A stretch of DNA of 64,000 bases from an uncultured Gemmatimonadaceae bacterium (GCA_963740355.1 CAVUDW010000002.1:320001-384000); one strand, 5' to 3'. Shown: positions 1 through 9,578, counted from the first letter of the stretch. Translations and numbers: made by a program. The notes: generated by a model not told the origin, from the sequence alone.

Positions 1-162
1 CGTGCCCGTCGCTTCCAGCACGACCAAGGTCGGCGGCTGCGCGGTGAGCGCGGTGACGAAGGCGTCGATGTCCGCCGCCGTATTGCGGAGCTGCGTCACC
101 GCACCGTCGTGGACCGCCACATCCAAGTGGGCCTTGCTGACATCAATGCCGAGATACGTCAT
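1..162 (-). CDS. IS110-family DEDD recombinase/transposase, N-terminus (runs off the left edge)
   Basis: Manual translation from ATG 162: MTYLGIDVSKAHLDVAVH...LVVLEATGT, carrying the GIDxxK and EATG motifs of the IS110 RuvC-like domain; GGAGG RBS upstream. Not in the ORF track. Confidence 0.92.
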   Translation of the reverse strand, partial: MTYLGIDVSKAHLDVAVHDGAVTQLRNTAADIDAFVTALTAQPPTLVVLEATGT

Positions 163-184
163 ACTGCCTCCAGGTGACGACCGC

Positions 185-330
185 GCGCGCCCTGCCTTGC
201 GAGATGCGGGATCGCGTCGGCGTCCCTGGTAGCTGTCCGGGCTTGTAGCGATCGGGACGACGGCGCTCTGACTCTGCGACGGGCTCACGGCGCCCGGGGC
301 GCTCCGAACGAGCTGCCGCCGTCCCGGAGA
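185..330 (-). ncRNA. Putative bridge RNA (target-binding and donor-binding loops)
   Basis: Two stem/internal-loop/hairpin modules: stems 254-264/315-325 and 189-192/239-242, inner hairpins 281-295 and 208-226. Loop strands match the flanking target and the element end. Confidence 0.65.
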
Positions 331-566
331 TTTAGCTTCTGTGCGAGGAGACATACAAGGCGCAGAGACGCAGAGAACTGCAAGGGCAAGACAACGGCGC
401 TGGTAACAGCAACAGCAACAGCAACAGCCACGGCAAGGGCCAGGGCAACTGCCTTGACGCAGAACAGAAAACTGCGGTACTGCACCAGCCGCAGAACTGC
501 ACAGCCGCAGAACTGCGCGCGTGTCTAGTCCTAAATAATGTCTACACAGGGTGCAGGCGGTCTGGG

Positions 567-1438
567 TTAGGCCGCCTGGTGAAACACGGCGTGCGGGGTT
601 TGGAGCGCGAGACTCCAGTGCGTGCGGACGGTGTTGTAGATCGTGACCGCGTGGGTGACCGCCGCGCGCGCGTCGGCCAGCGAGGGGAAGACGGCATCGA
701 GGTCGAATTCATCTTTCAGGATGCCGTTCACGCGTTCGGCGACCGCATTCTGATAGCAGTGGGCGCCGTCCGTCGTGCTCGGGAGCATGCGATGGGCGTG
801 CAGCTGCTGGACGTACGCGTGGCAGCAATACTGACTGCCGCGATCCGAGTGGTGCACGATGCCCTGACAGTCACCCAGCGTCTGCTGCGCGGCCGCGAGC
901 GCCTGCAGCGCGCCCTGCGGCGAGAGATCGGTGCGAAGATGCCAGCCGACGATGTGGCGCGCGTACAGGTCGGTGACGAGAAACAGGTACGCAAACGCGC
1001 CGTGCTCGAGCCGCAGGTACGTGATGTCGCTCACGACGACCTGGCGCGCGCCGGTGACGGTGAGCGTCTTGAGGCGATTGGGCGCCACGACGTAGGGATG
1101 GTGCGCATACGTCGTCTGCGTGGCGCGGCGCTTCCGGGCCACGAGGCGCCCCGTGGTGCGGAGCACCGTGAACAGGCGGTCCCGCCCCACGGTCACCCCT
1201 GCGGTCGTGAGGGCGTCGTGCAGCTTCCGCGTCCCGACGCGCGGCTGGACGCGGCGGAGGGCATCGACCTGCGCGATCACCGCGGCGTCCGGGTCGGTGT
1301 CTGCGTCGCTCCCGCGGCGCTGTCGCTTGTAGTAGGCGTCGCGGGTGCAGCCGAGCGTGCGGCAGACGCCGGCGACGGTGTGCGCGGTGTCGGCCGGGGC
1401 GCAGAGGACGGCAGCGGCGGCGTACCAAAGTTTTTTTT
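567..1438 (-). CDS. IS3 transposase OrfB (rve/DDE integrase core), reached by -1 frameshift
   Basis: VVSDITY, HHSDRGSQY and NAVAERVNGILKDE motifs; the frame stays open back to the A8 run and gives the typical VAGVCRTLGCTRDAYY start. Confidence 0.93.
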
Positions 1439-1741
1439 GATGTCGATCTTGTAGTGTTTGTTCGCCTGGGTGATCAGCTCGTCGAACACCTGCAGCTTGA
1501 GATGCGCCTCGGCCAGGGCCTTCTCCAACGCCGCAATCCGATCCTGCTCGCTCTTCATGACCACCTCCACGATGTCGCGTTTCGGCTGGAACCGGCCGTA
1601 CTCCCGCAGCCAGGTCTGCACCATGGCCACGGTGGTCTGCGCATCCCGCGCGGCTTCGCGCATCGACAGATGCCCGCCCTCAATCTCCTCGACGAGCCGC
1701 TGCTTCAAGTCCGGACTGTACTGGTGAAACGATCGGGCCAT
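1277..1741 (-). CDS. IS3 transposase OrfA (HTH)
   Basis: YSPDLKQRLV...W.R.Y HTH followed by a coiled coil (RIAALEKALAE); slippery AAAAAAAAC at ~1430-1438. Confidence 0.9.
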   Translation of the reverse strand: MARSFHQYSPDLKQRLVEEIEGGHLSMREAARDAQTTVAMVQTWLREYGRFQPKRDIVEVVMKSEQDRIAALEKALAEAHLKLQVFDELITQANKHYKIDIKKNFGTPPLPSSAPRPTPRTPSPASAARSAAPATPTTSDSAAGATQTPTRTPR

Positions 1742-2039
1742 GGGTCTACGTCTCCAACGGCGGGGGACGTGTAGACGCTAATCAGGACGTGACACGCGGT
1801 CGTTGAGTGGACGTGCTGAACTTTTTTGGGAACAGCACGCTCACTGTTCCTCCGCTTCCAATGCCGTTCCCAAAGCCGTGCAGTTGCGGTTCCTCTGCGC
1901 CTCTGCGTCTCTGCGTTTTGCAATGGCAGTTGAGCAGTTGCCGTTCTGCGGCCGTGCAGTTCTGCGGCCGTCGCTGTATCGCTGTCTTCTGTTCTGCGTT
2001 GAGGCAGTTGCTGTTGCGGTTGCCGTCGTAGCTGAGCCG

Positions 2040-3830
2040 TCAGCCGACCTCGATCAGCAGTGTCCCGACAGGTGTGCGCGTGAAGCGGTGGGCCATCAAC
2101 CAGGCGACGGCAAGCGTCAGCGACGAGAGCGCGGCTGCGGTGGTGATGACGATGGCGCGGTCGTAGCTCGGGGCGCCAGGGATGATGCGCGGGAGCACGT
2201 CCCAGAAGATCTGGCCCAGCCAGGCGCCGAAGAGCGAGCCGCCGAGTGCGACAAGTCCGGCGCGCCCGAGCACGAGGGCATGGATGGCGCGACGGCTGGC
2301 TCCGACCGCGCGGCGGATGCCAAGCTCGCGCTGTTGTGAGTCGAGCCAGAGGCGAAGCATCGCAATCAGGCCGCCAACCGCGATCAGCGCCGTCACGACA
2401 CCCATCGCGAACAGCAGGTTGGTGAACCACTGCAGCACCGAGGTGTCGGCGGCGCGACGCGCTGCGATGCTGGTCGCAGTGCCGCGAACGGTGCCAATGC
2501 TGCGCAACACATCGGTCGCCAACGGCTTGTCGGCCGTTCCGACTTCGATCAGGCCCACCGGTTGCTGCAACACGCTCACGTAGACGCCCAGCTTCGGTTG
2601 CATCACGGCGCCAAGGCCGAGCGCCTCGCCATCGCTCACGATCCCCACCACCTCAAACCACTGGTTGTTCAACACCGTCAGCTGAACCCGCTTGCCGACC
2701 GCATCGCCATTCGGGAACATCGCCTGTGCAAAACTCGCATTCACGACCGCGACCAGTGGGCTGTCCCAGCGGTCGCCGTCCGTGAGCAGACGCCCTGCCT
2801 GCAGGCGCAGTCCGCCGAGCGCAAAGCTGTCTCCGCTGACGGCAAAATGAGCCACCGTTTCCGTACTGCCGCGCAGGATCGCGACCGTACCACACCGCTT
2901 GCCGCAATCGCTGCTGGCTTGCGCGATGGTGCCGAGGCCGCGGTGCACGCCGCTCGAGCCGAGGCTGATCAGCGCTGACGGGTTGACCGCATGCTGCTCC
3001 GCGAGGAATGCAGCGAAGCGCTTGGCCCGCGCCAATCGATCGGTACCCTCGGCGCGCAGTTCCTGAACCAGTGTCGTGGACGTGGCCAGCTGGGCCACAT
3101 CATTCCGTTGCGTCGTCGTGAGCTCGCGCAGCGTGGCGCCGCCCGCGAGCACCACCACTGCGGCACCCAACTGAAGTGCCGGGATGATGAGCGTCAGCGG
3201 TCGGCGATCATCATCAACCAATCGCGTGGTGCTGAGTGCCCGAATGAGCAGCAATGGGGCCACCATCACCAACGCCGTCACACCCAGTGTGCCCGCGACA
3301 CTCAACACACGATCTGCCGGTGCCACGCTGCCAGGCCACGCCGCGCGCATCACCACGACCGCGAATAGCGCGAGCAGCATCCCGACAAACAGCGCGACGC
3401 CTGCCAGCGCCCCGGACTCCAGCACCATCGCGCCGAAAACATCCCGACGCGACGCTCCGATCGACCGCACCACGATCACTTCGCTGCTGCGCGCTGCCGT
3501 GCGCGCGAGATGCAGCGCGAGCAGCGTCGCCGCGCCCACGGCGAGAGTCATCACCGTCGCGCCACGCACGACTGACAGCAACTTCAGGATGGCGAGCTGC
3601 TGCAGCTGCGGCCAGACCACGCCGCGCCCGCCCCAGTCGGCCAGCAGAGCTCCCGTATCGCCAAGTGCGATCGTCAATGAAGGCGCCGCCGTGGTGCCGC
3701 CAAGAATCGTCAGCGCTGGCAGGGCCCCCGCCAACGTGAGGGCCGCGGCCAGTGCCACCAGCGCGCCAGTGCCAGCGTGCCACCGAAGGGCGAGCAGCGC
3801 GGCACTGCGTTGGGCGATGCGAGAGCTCAT
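2040..3830 (-). CDS. MacB/FtsX-like ABC transporter permease
   Basis: Two R..E..IR.A.GAS FtsX motifs, a periplasmic core (GRLLTDGD, VAVVN.SFA, EVVGIV) and multiple TM helices. Confidence 0.85.
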   Translation of the reverse strand: MSSRIAQRSAALLALRWHAGTGALVALAAALTLAGALPALTILGGTTAAPSLTIALGDTGALLADWGGRGVVWPQLQQLAILKLLSVVRGATVMTLAVGAATLLALHLARTAARSSEVIVVRSIGASRRDVFGAMVLESGALAGVALFVGMLLALFAVVVMRAAWPGSVAPADRVLSVAGTLGVTALVMVAPLLLIRALSTTRLVDDDRRPLTLIIPALQLGAAVVVLAGGATLRELTTTQRNDVAQLATSTTLVQELRAEGTDRLARAKRFAAFLAEQHAVNPSALISLGSSGVHRGLGTIAQASSDCGKRCGTVAILRGSTETVAHFAVSGDSFALGGLRLQAGRLLTDGDRWDSPLVAVVNASFAQAMFPNGDAVGKRVQLTVLNNQWFEVVGIVSDGEALGLGAVMQPKLGVYVSVLQQPVGLIEVGTADKPLATDVLRSIGTVRGTATSIAARRAADTSVLQWFTNLLFAMGVVTALIAVGGLIAMLRLWLDSQQRELGIRRAVGASRRAIHALVLGRAGLVALGGSLFGAWLGQIFWDVLPRIIPGAPSYDRAIVITTAAALSSLTLAVAWLMAHRFTRTPVGTLLIEVG

Positions 3831-3876
3831 GCGGGTCTCATGCGAGTGTCATGCGAGTGTCATGCGAGTGTCATGT
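3826..3876. repeat. 11-bp tandem repeat (GTCATGCGAGT, about 4.5 copies) at the permease start
   Basis: Units start at 3826, 3837, 3848, 3859 and 3870. Confidence 0.85.
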
Positions 3877-3941
3877 GGGGCTCGGCGGTGTGCGCTGGCG
3901 ACCGACCGGACCATCGAGCAGAAACGTCGTGCAGGTTTCCG

Positions 3942-4376
3942 TCAGGACGCGGGTACAGCAGGAGCGGTTTCGCGAACGGCCACGTTCTGCAGTCTCACGC
4001 GCCCCTGCGCCACCAATCGATCCTTGTCGTCCCGAATCCACGCTTCCCACAGCTGGTTGGTGCGTCCGCGCGAGATCGGCTTCGCGACGGCAAACAACTT
4101 CCCGCTGCTGGTGGCGCGGATGAATGACGTCGAGTTCTCGAGCCCCACCGCCTGCTGACCCAGTGCCTGCACGAACATCGTCGCACCGAGCGACGTGATC
4201 TGCTCGATCACGCCGCAGTGGACGCCACCGTGCACGAGGCCGAACGGCTGCAGGTGCTTCGGCGCCACCTCGAACTCGCAGCGCACCTCGTCGGCACTGC
4301 AGGCCGTCCACACGATGTCCATGGACTTGCTCCAGCCACCGGCGGAGTTGATCCAGTCGAGCGTGATCTCATTCAT
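3942..4376 (-). CDS. PaaI-family (hotdog) thioesterase
   Basis: HLQPFGLVHGGV motif; start MNEITL with GGAG RBS. Confidence 0.9.
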   Translation of the reverse strand: MNEITLDWINSAGGWSKSMDIVWTACSADEVRCEFEVAPKHLQPFGLVHGGVHCGVIEQITSLGATMFVQALGQQAVGLENSTSFIRATSSGKLFAVAKPISRGRTNQLWEAWIRDDKDRLVAQGRVRLQNVAVRETAPAVPAS

Positions 4377-4386
4377 CGCAGCTCCA

Positions 4387-6348
4387 CTATTTGTTGAGAC
4401 GGTAACCAATCGGATAGAGCGGCGACGGGCTGTCATGCGGCACGTCGGTCTTCTGGGCGCGGACGGCATCCATCGAACGCGGTAGCTCGAACGGCAACCG
4501 GCCCGTCGGACGCACCTTGCCCGTCAGTGCATCGAACAACGCCCCATCACTGACACCAAACTCGCCGATCAAGGTTTTCGCCAACGGCACCAGCGCGGTC
4601 AGGATGGCCGGGCGATCGAGGTACACCACCACGATCGTCGGCACCTTCGCCGCCGTGGCCTTCACCAGTGCCAGCGTCGAGTCGGCATCCTTGAAATCGA
4701 GGTCGCCTTCGTGCTGGAAGCTGCCGAAGAAGAAGGTCGGGTGCAGGCGCTGAAACGGTGCCGCAACGCGAATGATGGCGACATCGGCCTGCTCCGCGCT
4801 GCTCACCACCTGATAGCCGCGCTCCGTCGCAACCGCTGCTGCGACACCATGCAGGAACAGCTTCGCGCCGCGCGCCGGCAGCATCTGCGCACCGCGCGAG
4901 TTCTCCAGCACCACCAACGCCCGCGACTGCGCCGCAACACCGGCCGCGAGTTTGTCGGGTGAGCCCACGATCGTGGCGGCCTTGGCCGGGTCCACGAAGG
5001 GATTTTCGAACAGGCCAAGGTCGAACTTCACGACCATGATCCGCCGCACGGCTTCGTCGAGTCGCGCCAACTGCACCGAACCATCCTTCACCGCATCCAC
5101 GAACGGCTGACCGTCATCCACGCCGCCGAACTGGTCGATGCCGGCGTTCATGCCCTTCGCAAAGCGCTGCGCCTTGGTCAACGATTCGACGCCCCACGGC
5201 ATCGCGATCTGCATCGGCGCCTGGCGCGGTACTCCCGTCACGCAGGCATCGACACAATCCTGCGTGATGGCCCAGTCGGACAGCACCATGCCGCGGAACT
5301 TGTGCGTACCTCGCAGCAGGTCGGCAAGGATCTGCTTGTTGAATCCAGCACCGACCGCCTCAACCGGTGCGCCATCGATCTTCAGGTCCTGCAGGATGTC
5401 GTAGGTCGGCATCACACCCACCACGCCGGCCGCAAACGCGCCAAGAAACGGCGTCACGTGATCCTGGAAGCGTCCGCCGTCGAAACGCGCATAGCGACCA
5501 TAGTAGTTATGGCCATCGAGGCCATCGACCGATGCGCCGTACCCAACCCAGTGCTTCACGATCGTCGCCACACCGTTGCGCGCCAGGCGCGTCGGGCTGC
5601 CCTGCATGCCCTTCACGTAGGCTGTGACCATCGCGCCGACACGCGTGGGTGATTCGCCGAAGGTGCCCGTAATGCGCGACCAGCGCGGCTCCGTGCCAAG
5701 ATCCGCTTGCGGTGACAGCGCCATGTGAATGCCGACGGCGCGGTACTCGCTGCGCACGATGTCGGCGAATCGCTGCACCAGCGCCGGATCATCCAGTGCG
5801 CCAAGGCCAAGTGTCTCGGGCCACTGCGAAAATCCCGAGGTGTTCGAGCTGGCGCCGACGACGACCTGAAAGTGACTGCGCGGGTCGGTGCTGATGGTGA
5901 CTGGAATGCCGAGTCGGCTTCCCTCGGCGATGCCTTGCAGGATGTTGTTCTGGACGGCGAACAGTGCCGGCGCGATCGACAGCCGAGTGATCACACTGTT
6001 GACGTGGCGCGTGAGAATCTGCGCCTGCGCTGCGGTGGTGTCGTAGTTGGGAGCCGGGGCCATCATGGCGCCGGCGGTCGGTGCGGTGCCATGTACCGCC
6101 GCACCGGCTTTCTCCTCGAGTGTCATCCGTGCGACGAGGTCCGCGGCCCGCGTTGCCGACGACAGCCGCCAATCCTCGTACGGCTCCAGCGTGCCGTTCC
6201 GATTCAGGTCGCGGAATCGCTTGCCGGCAATCGTCAGGATCGGCGTCGAGCGCGACTGCACGCTTGGCTGGGTCGCAGTCTGCGCGCCGAGCGGCAGGCC
6301 AGCGACGAGGAACGGCAGCGCGCGGACCAGCGGTCGCAACACGAACAT
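4387..6348 (-). CDS. Glycoside hydrolase family 3 beta-glucosidase, secreted
   Basis: RMTLEEK, SRLGIP, KHWVG, VLSDW nucleophile and GRLPFELP motifs; signal peptide. Confidence 0.92.
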   Translation of the reverse strand: MFVLRPLVRALPFLVAGLPLGAQTATQPSVQSRSTPILTIAGKRFRDLNRNGTLEPYEDWRLSSATRAADLVARMTLEEKAGAAVHGTAPTAGAMMAPAPNYDTTAAQAQILTRHVNSVITRLSIAPALFAVQNNILQGIAEGSRLGIPVTISTDPRSHFQVVVGASSNTSGFSQWPETLGLGALDDPALVQRFADIVRSEYRAVGIHMALSPQADLGTEPRWSRITGTFGESPTRVGAMVTAYVKGMQGSPTRLARNGVATIVKHWVGYGASVDGLDGHNYYGRYARFDGGRFQDHVTPFLGAFAAGVVGVMPTYDILQDLKIDGAPVEAVGAGFNKQILADLLRGTHKFRGMVLSDWAITQDCVDACVTGVPRQAPMQIAMPWGVESLTKAQRFAKGMNAGIDQFGGVDDGQPFVDAVKDGSVQLARLDEAVRRIMVVKFDLGLFENPFVDPAKAATIVGSPDKLAAGVAAQSRALVVLENSRGAQMLPARGAKLFLHGVAAAVATERGYQVVSSAEQADVAIIRVAAPFQRLHPTFFFGSFQHEGDLDFKDADSTLALVKATAAKVPTIVVVYLDRPAILTALVPLAKTLIGEFGVSDGALFDALTGKVRPTGRLPFELPRSMDAVRAQKTDVPHDSPSPLYPIGYRLNK

Positions 6349-6470
6349 CAGGAACTCCGGAAGGTGTAGTCGCCGCTCCCTGCGGCGGTCGGGACGCATC
6401 GGGCGCCCCGGGGGCTACAGAAAGCTATGACGCAGCGTTGGCCGGTACGACAGTCCTCGTCGGCAGCGGC

Positions 6471-7049
6471 CTAAATGCAAGTGACCATTGCATGCAGCTT
6501 CCGCATCGTGGCCCAGTTCCGCGCCGTGACGCCGTCGCGCAGTGCCTTGCCGATGTGCTCGAACAACTTGCCCGCCAGCAGCCCGTCCGGGCTCCAGACG
6601 TAGGCCGTCCTCGAACCGATCGCCAACACCTCCGGTGCCCACGATGTCGCCTGCAGCATCGCCAGCTTCGCGAGCGCAGTCTGGTCATACGGCACGTAAC
6701 AGACGAACCGAGTGTCGTCGGTCACGACAGCCGTGAGCGGATGTTCGGCGATGATCGTGGTCAGTTCACCGGCGGTGAGCACGGTCGTCCGTGTATCCAC
6801 ACCGGTCGCCGCCAGGATCGCCTTCTGCAAGATGGGACCGGTGATCGTCTTCCTCGTCGTGAACACGACGTTGCCGCTGTTGAGCAGTGTTTTGACGCCG
6901 GTGCCCCCCAGCGACTCGACGACGGCACGCAGGTCAGCCATCGCGATCCGCTTCGCCTTGCCGACGTTGATGCCGCGCAGCAGGGCGATGTGTGTCGCGC
7001 CTGGCGAAGCTGCCGCCACCGTCGTTGCGCCTGCCGTTTTTGCTGCCAT
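6471..7049 (-). CDS. DUF1697 family protein
   Basis: IALLRGINVG, TLLNSGNVVF and TARNW motifs. Confidence 0.9.
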   Translation of the reverse strand: MAAKTAGATTVAAASPGATHIALLRGINVGKAKRIAMADLRAVVESLGGTGVKTLLNSGNVVFTTRKTITGPILQKAILAATGVDTRTTVLTAGELTTIIAEHPLTAVVTDDTRFVCYVPYDQTALAKLAMLQATSWAPEVLAIGSRTAYVWSPDGLLAGKLFEHIGKALRDGVTARNWATMRKLHAMVTCI

Positions 7050-7058
7050 GCGCAGATG

Positions 7059-8339
7059 CTACACGGAGGACCCGGTTCCCGACACCTCGTCGAGGCGGCG
7101 CCGCAGGAATCGACGCTCCGGTTCCTGGCGCGCCAGCGTGAGGGCAATGCGATACGCCGCCGCGGCATCGTCCAGCCGTCCGAGGCGACGGAAAAAATCT
7201 GCGCGAGCCGCATGCGCGAGGTGATACTCGTGAAGTTCGCCGCGATCGAAGAGTGCGTCGACGAGCGCCAGTCCTGCCGCTGGCGAGTCTGCCATCGCCA
7301 CGGCCACCGCGCGATTGAGCGCAATGACCGGTGAATCATCGATGCGCAGCAGCACATCGTACAATCCGACGATCTGTCGCCAATCGGTCGCAGCGGCCGT
7401 TCGCGCCTCCGCATGTACCGCCGCAATCGCGGCCTGCAGTGTGTACGGCCCGAAACGATGTGACCGCAAGGCGTCCTGCACACGCGCGCATCCCTCGTCG
7501 ATCAGCTCCTGATTCCACCGCGACCGATCCTGGTCCTCGAGCAACACCAACTCGCCATCAGTGCTGGTGCGCGTGGCACGACGGGACTCCTGCAGGAGCA
7601 TCAACGCCAGCAAGCCGTCTACTTCGGGTTCTGGAAGCAACTCGAGTAGTACACGCCCCAACCGGATGGCCTCCGCCGATAAGTCATGACGCGTCAGTGC
7701 GTCGCCTGCGCTGGCCGAGTACCCCTCGTTGAACACGAGGTAGATCACCTGCAGGACGGCATCGAGGCGCGCTGGCAGTTCGTGGCGTGCGGGCAACTGG
7801 TACGGGATCCGCGCAGTGCGGATCTTCCCCTTCGCACGCACGATGCGCTGTGCGATCGTGGAGGGTGTGGCGAGGAACGCGCGCGCAATTTCTTCGGTCG
7901 TCAGGCCGCACACTTCGCGAAGCGTGAGTGCGGTCTGGGCTTCAGGTGAGAGAGCGGGATGACAGCAGGTGAAGATCAGCCGCAGCTGGTCGTCGGCGAC
8001 GTCGCTGTCATCGTCCACATGTTCCGCTTCATCACGTGCCGGGTGCACGCCGTCGGTGACCTCGTGCACGGCATTGTCGAATCGCGCCTGCCGCCGTGTC
8101 GCGTCGGTTGCCTTGAAGCGAGCCGTCGAAATCAGCCACGCCCGCGGCTTGCCGGGCACGCCGTCGCGTGACCATCGATCGATCGCGGTTGCGAACGCAT
8201 CATGCATCGCCTCCTCGGCGCGATCAAAATCACCGAGGAGGCGGATCAACGTGGCGAGCACGCGGCGGGACTGCGTGCGATACACCGCTTCGACGATGGC
8301 GCGAGTGGCGTCCCCCGTCGGCTCGCCGGCGTCGGACAA
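7059..8339 (-). CDS. ECF RNA polymerase sigma factor with C-terminal extension (YCII-associated type)
   Basis: Region 2 (AEEAMHDAF, RAWL), DDQLRLIFTCCHPAL, region 4 and a TPR-like tail. Confidence 0.92.
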   Translation of the reverse strand: MSDAGEPTGDATRAIVEAVYRTQSRRVLATLIRLLGDFDRAEEAMHDAFATAIDRWSRDGVPGKPRAWLISTARFKATDATRRQARFDNAVHEVTDGVHPARDEAEHVDDDSDVADDQLRLIFTCCHPALSPEAQTALTLREVCGLTTEEIARAFLATPSTIAQRIVRAKGKIRTARIPYQLPARHELPARLDAVLQVIYLVFNEGYSASAGDALTRHDLSAEAIRLGRVLLELLPEPEVDGLLALMLLQESRRATRTSTDGELVLLEDQDRSRWNQELIDEGCARVQDALRSHRFGPYTLQAAIAAVHAEARTAAATDWRQIVGLYDVLLRIDDSPVIALNRAVAVAMADSPAAGLALVDALFDRGELHEYHLAHAARADFFRRLGRLDDAAAAYRIALTLARQEPERRFLRRRLDEVSGTGSSV

Positions 8340-8696
8340 CTACTGCTCGCCGAAGATCGTGACGGGTCGCACTTCGATGCTGCCAGTTCGGGCGGACGGA
8401 ATCTTGGCGGCAATCTGGATCGCCTCGTTCAAGTCGTGCGCCTCGACGAGGTAGAAACCGCCCAGCTGCTCCTTCGTCTCGGCGAACGGGCCATCGGTCG
8501 TGGTCAGCTTGCCATTGCGGATTCGTACGGTCGTGGCCGTGTGCACCGGGTCGAGGGCTTCGCCGCCGAGCATGCGCCCCGAGTGATGCAGCTCGTTGCT
8601 GAACGCGAAGTATTCGCCGAGGAAGGCGTCGGATTCGTCCTTCGGCATCGCAGCCATCTTGCTTTCGTCGTCATAGATCAGGCACAGGTACTTCAT
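8340..8696 (-). CDS. YciI/YCII-related protein (DGPF type)
   Basis: TDGPFAETKEQLGGFY and IEVRP motifs. Confidence 0.93.
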   Translation of the reverse strand: MKYLCLIYDDESKMAAMPKDESDAFLGEYFAFSNELHHSGRMLGGEALDPVHTATTVRIRNGKLTTTDGPFAETKEQLGGFYLVEAHDLNEAIQIAAKIPSARTGSIEVRPVTIFGEQ

Positions 8697-8828
8697 GGCG
8701 TCCTCTGGGGCGTGGCGTGAATGAACAGGTTGGCCCCCATAGTCGATTGGGCTGTGCGGAAATCGACATGGCCGTCCCCGCGGTCGCCAGCGGTCTCGTC
8801 CAGGGATTCGCGAGTGGCGGTTCGCGGC

Positions 8829-9578
8829 CTACGGTTCGCGGACCGAATAGGCGCGGGCGACGGCATCGAAGCAGGTCACCGGATCGGCCGAGGGAATCGC
8901 GACTGCCTTGCCGGCGCAGCCGTTGCTGGTGGTCGCCTCACCGCGCAGCGCGCCCCGGTATCGAGAAATGGCGTTTTCGACGGGAAGTGGTGACGTGGGA
9001 GGCTCGAGAAGGGTGTGCGGGTAGAGGCGCTCACCGCTCAATGCGTCGAGGTAGACGCCGCTTTCGCGGATGTCCGGCACCTGCCCGAGGATGCTCCAGG
9101 CGACGATGGGCATCGCGTTGCGCGTGTTCACTTCGAGGACCGCGCTCGTCACACGCCGCACACCGACGTCCTGCGCCTTGTGCCACGCATCCTTGAAGTC
9201 CATCGGCACGACTGGCAGCGGCAGGGGTTCGGGCCGGTCAGCCGGCCAGTCCTGCGCTTCCGCGCCATCCCATGGGATTCGGGGATCGCTGGTCGCGGTC
9301 ATGAAGGTGCGCGATGCCGGCGAGAAGAAACTGTAGAGTGCGTCCGTCGGTGCGTTGTCGCTGGCCGCGTCGGTTCGGAGCTCGATGCGATACAGCACCG
9401 CGTCGGCCTGCTGTGTCCGCGCCCAGCGTGTGTTGCGCTCTACCAGTGCAAGCACGTTCGTCGCCACACCTTCGTCGTCATAACTCAGGTGATCGCCTTG
9501 GCCGCGGCAGCTGGCCAGCAGCAGCAGGGTGACGACGGTGGTGACCCAACGAGCGGGAAGGCCTGGACGGCGGAACAC
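8829..9578 (-). CDS. Hypothetical lipoprotein (start uncertain)
   Basis: Hydrophobic stretch followed by a LLASC lipobox; coding-like composition. Confidence 0.6.
   Translation of the reverse strand: MFRRPGLPARWVTTVVTLLLLASCRGQGDHLSYDDEGVATNVLALVERNTRWARTQQADAVLYRIELRTDAASDNAPTDALYSFFSPASRTFMTATSDPRIPWDGAEAQDWPADRPEPLPLPVVPMDFKDAWHKAQDVGVRRVTSAVLEVNTRNAMPIVAWSILGQVPDIRESGVYLDALSGERLYPHTLLEPPTSPLPVENAISRYRGALRGEATTSNGCAGKAVAIPSADPVTCFDAVARAYSVREP

Larger units (their letters stand above)
1..359 (-). mobile_element. IS110-family insertion sequence, left end (partial)
   Basis: Recombinase start plus a ~195-bp non-coding leader. The boundary is where sequence switches to repeat arm AGGCGCAGAGACGCAGAGAACTGCAA (358-383), which is identical to 49303-49328. 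Confidence 0.8.
522..1794 (-). mobile_element. IS3-family insertion sequence, complete (1273 bp)
   Basis: Imperfect 26-bp terminal IRs TGTCTAGTCCTAAATAATGTCTACAC (522-547) and TGTCACGTCCTGATTAGCGTCTACAC (rc of 1769-1794); TG...CA ends; 4-bp TSD CGCG at 518-521 and 1795-1798; orfA/orfB pair. Confidence 0.95.
358..2020. repeat. Intergenic repeat element copy 1 (A-B-core-A'-B'), interrupted by IS110 and IS3
   Basis: Arm A 358-383 / A' ~1886-1915; arm B 445-516 / B' ~1940-2011; core 1799-1878 homologous to 49429-49510; (AACAGC)4 at 405-428. Confidence 0.8.

Noticed and set aside
2..485. ORFs 2..232 (+) and 285..485 (-)
   Set aside because: The first is an antisense shadow of the IS110 gene; the second is a translation of low-complexity repeat sequence.
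1799..1878. Repeat core as a protein-coding remnant
   Set aside because: Differences from the 49429-49510 copy are not mainly synonymous and include indels; no recognisable protein motif.
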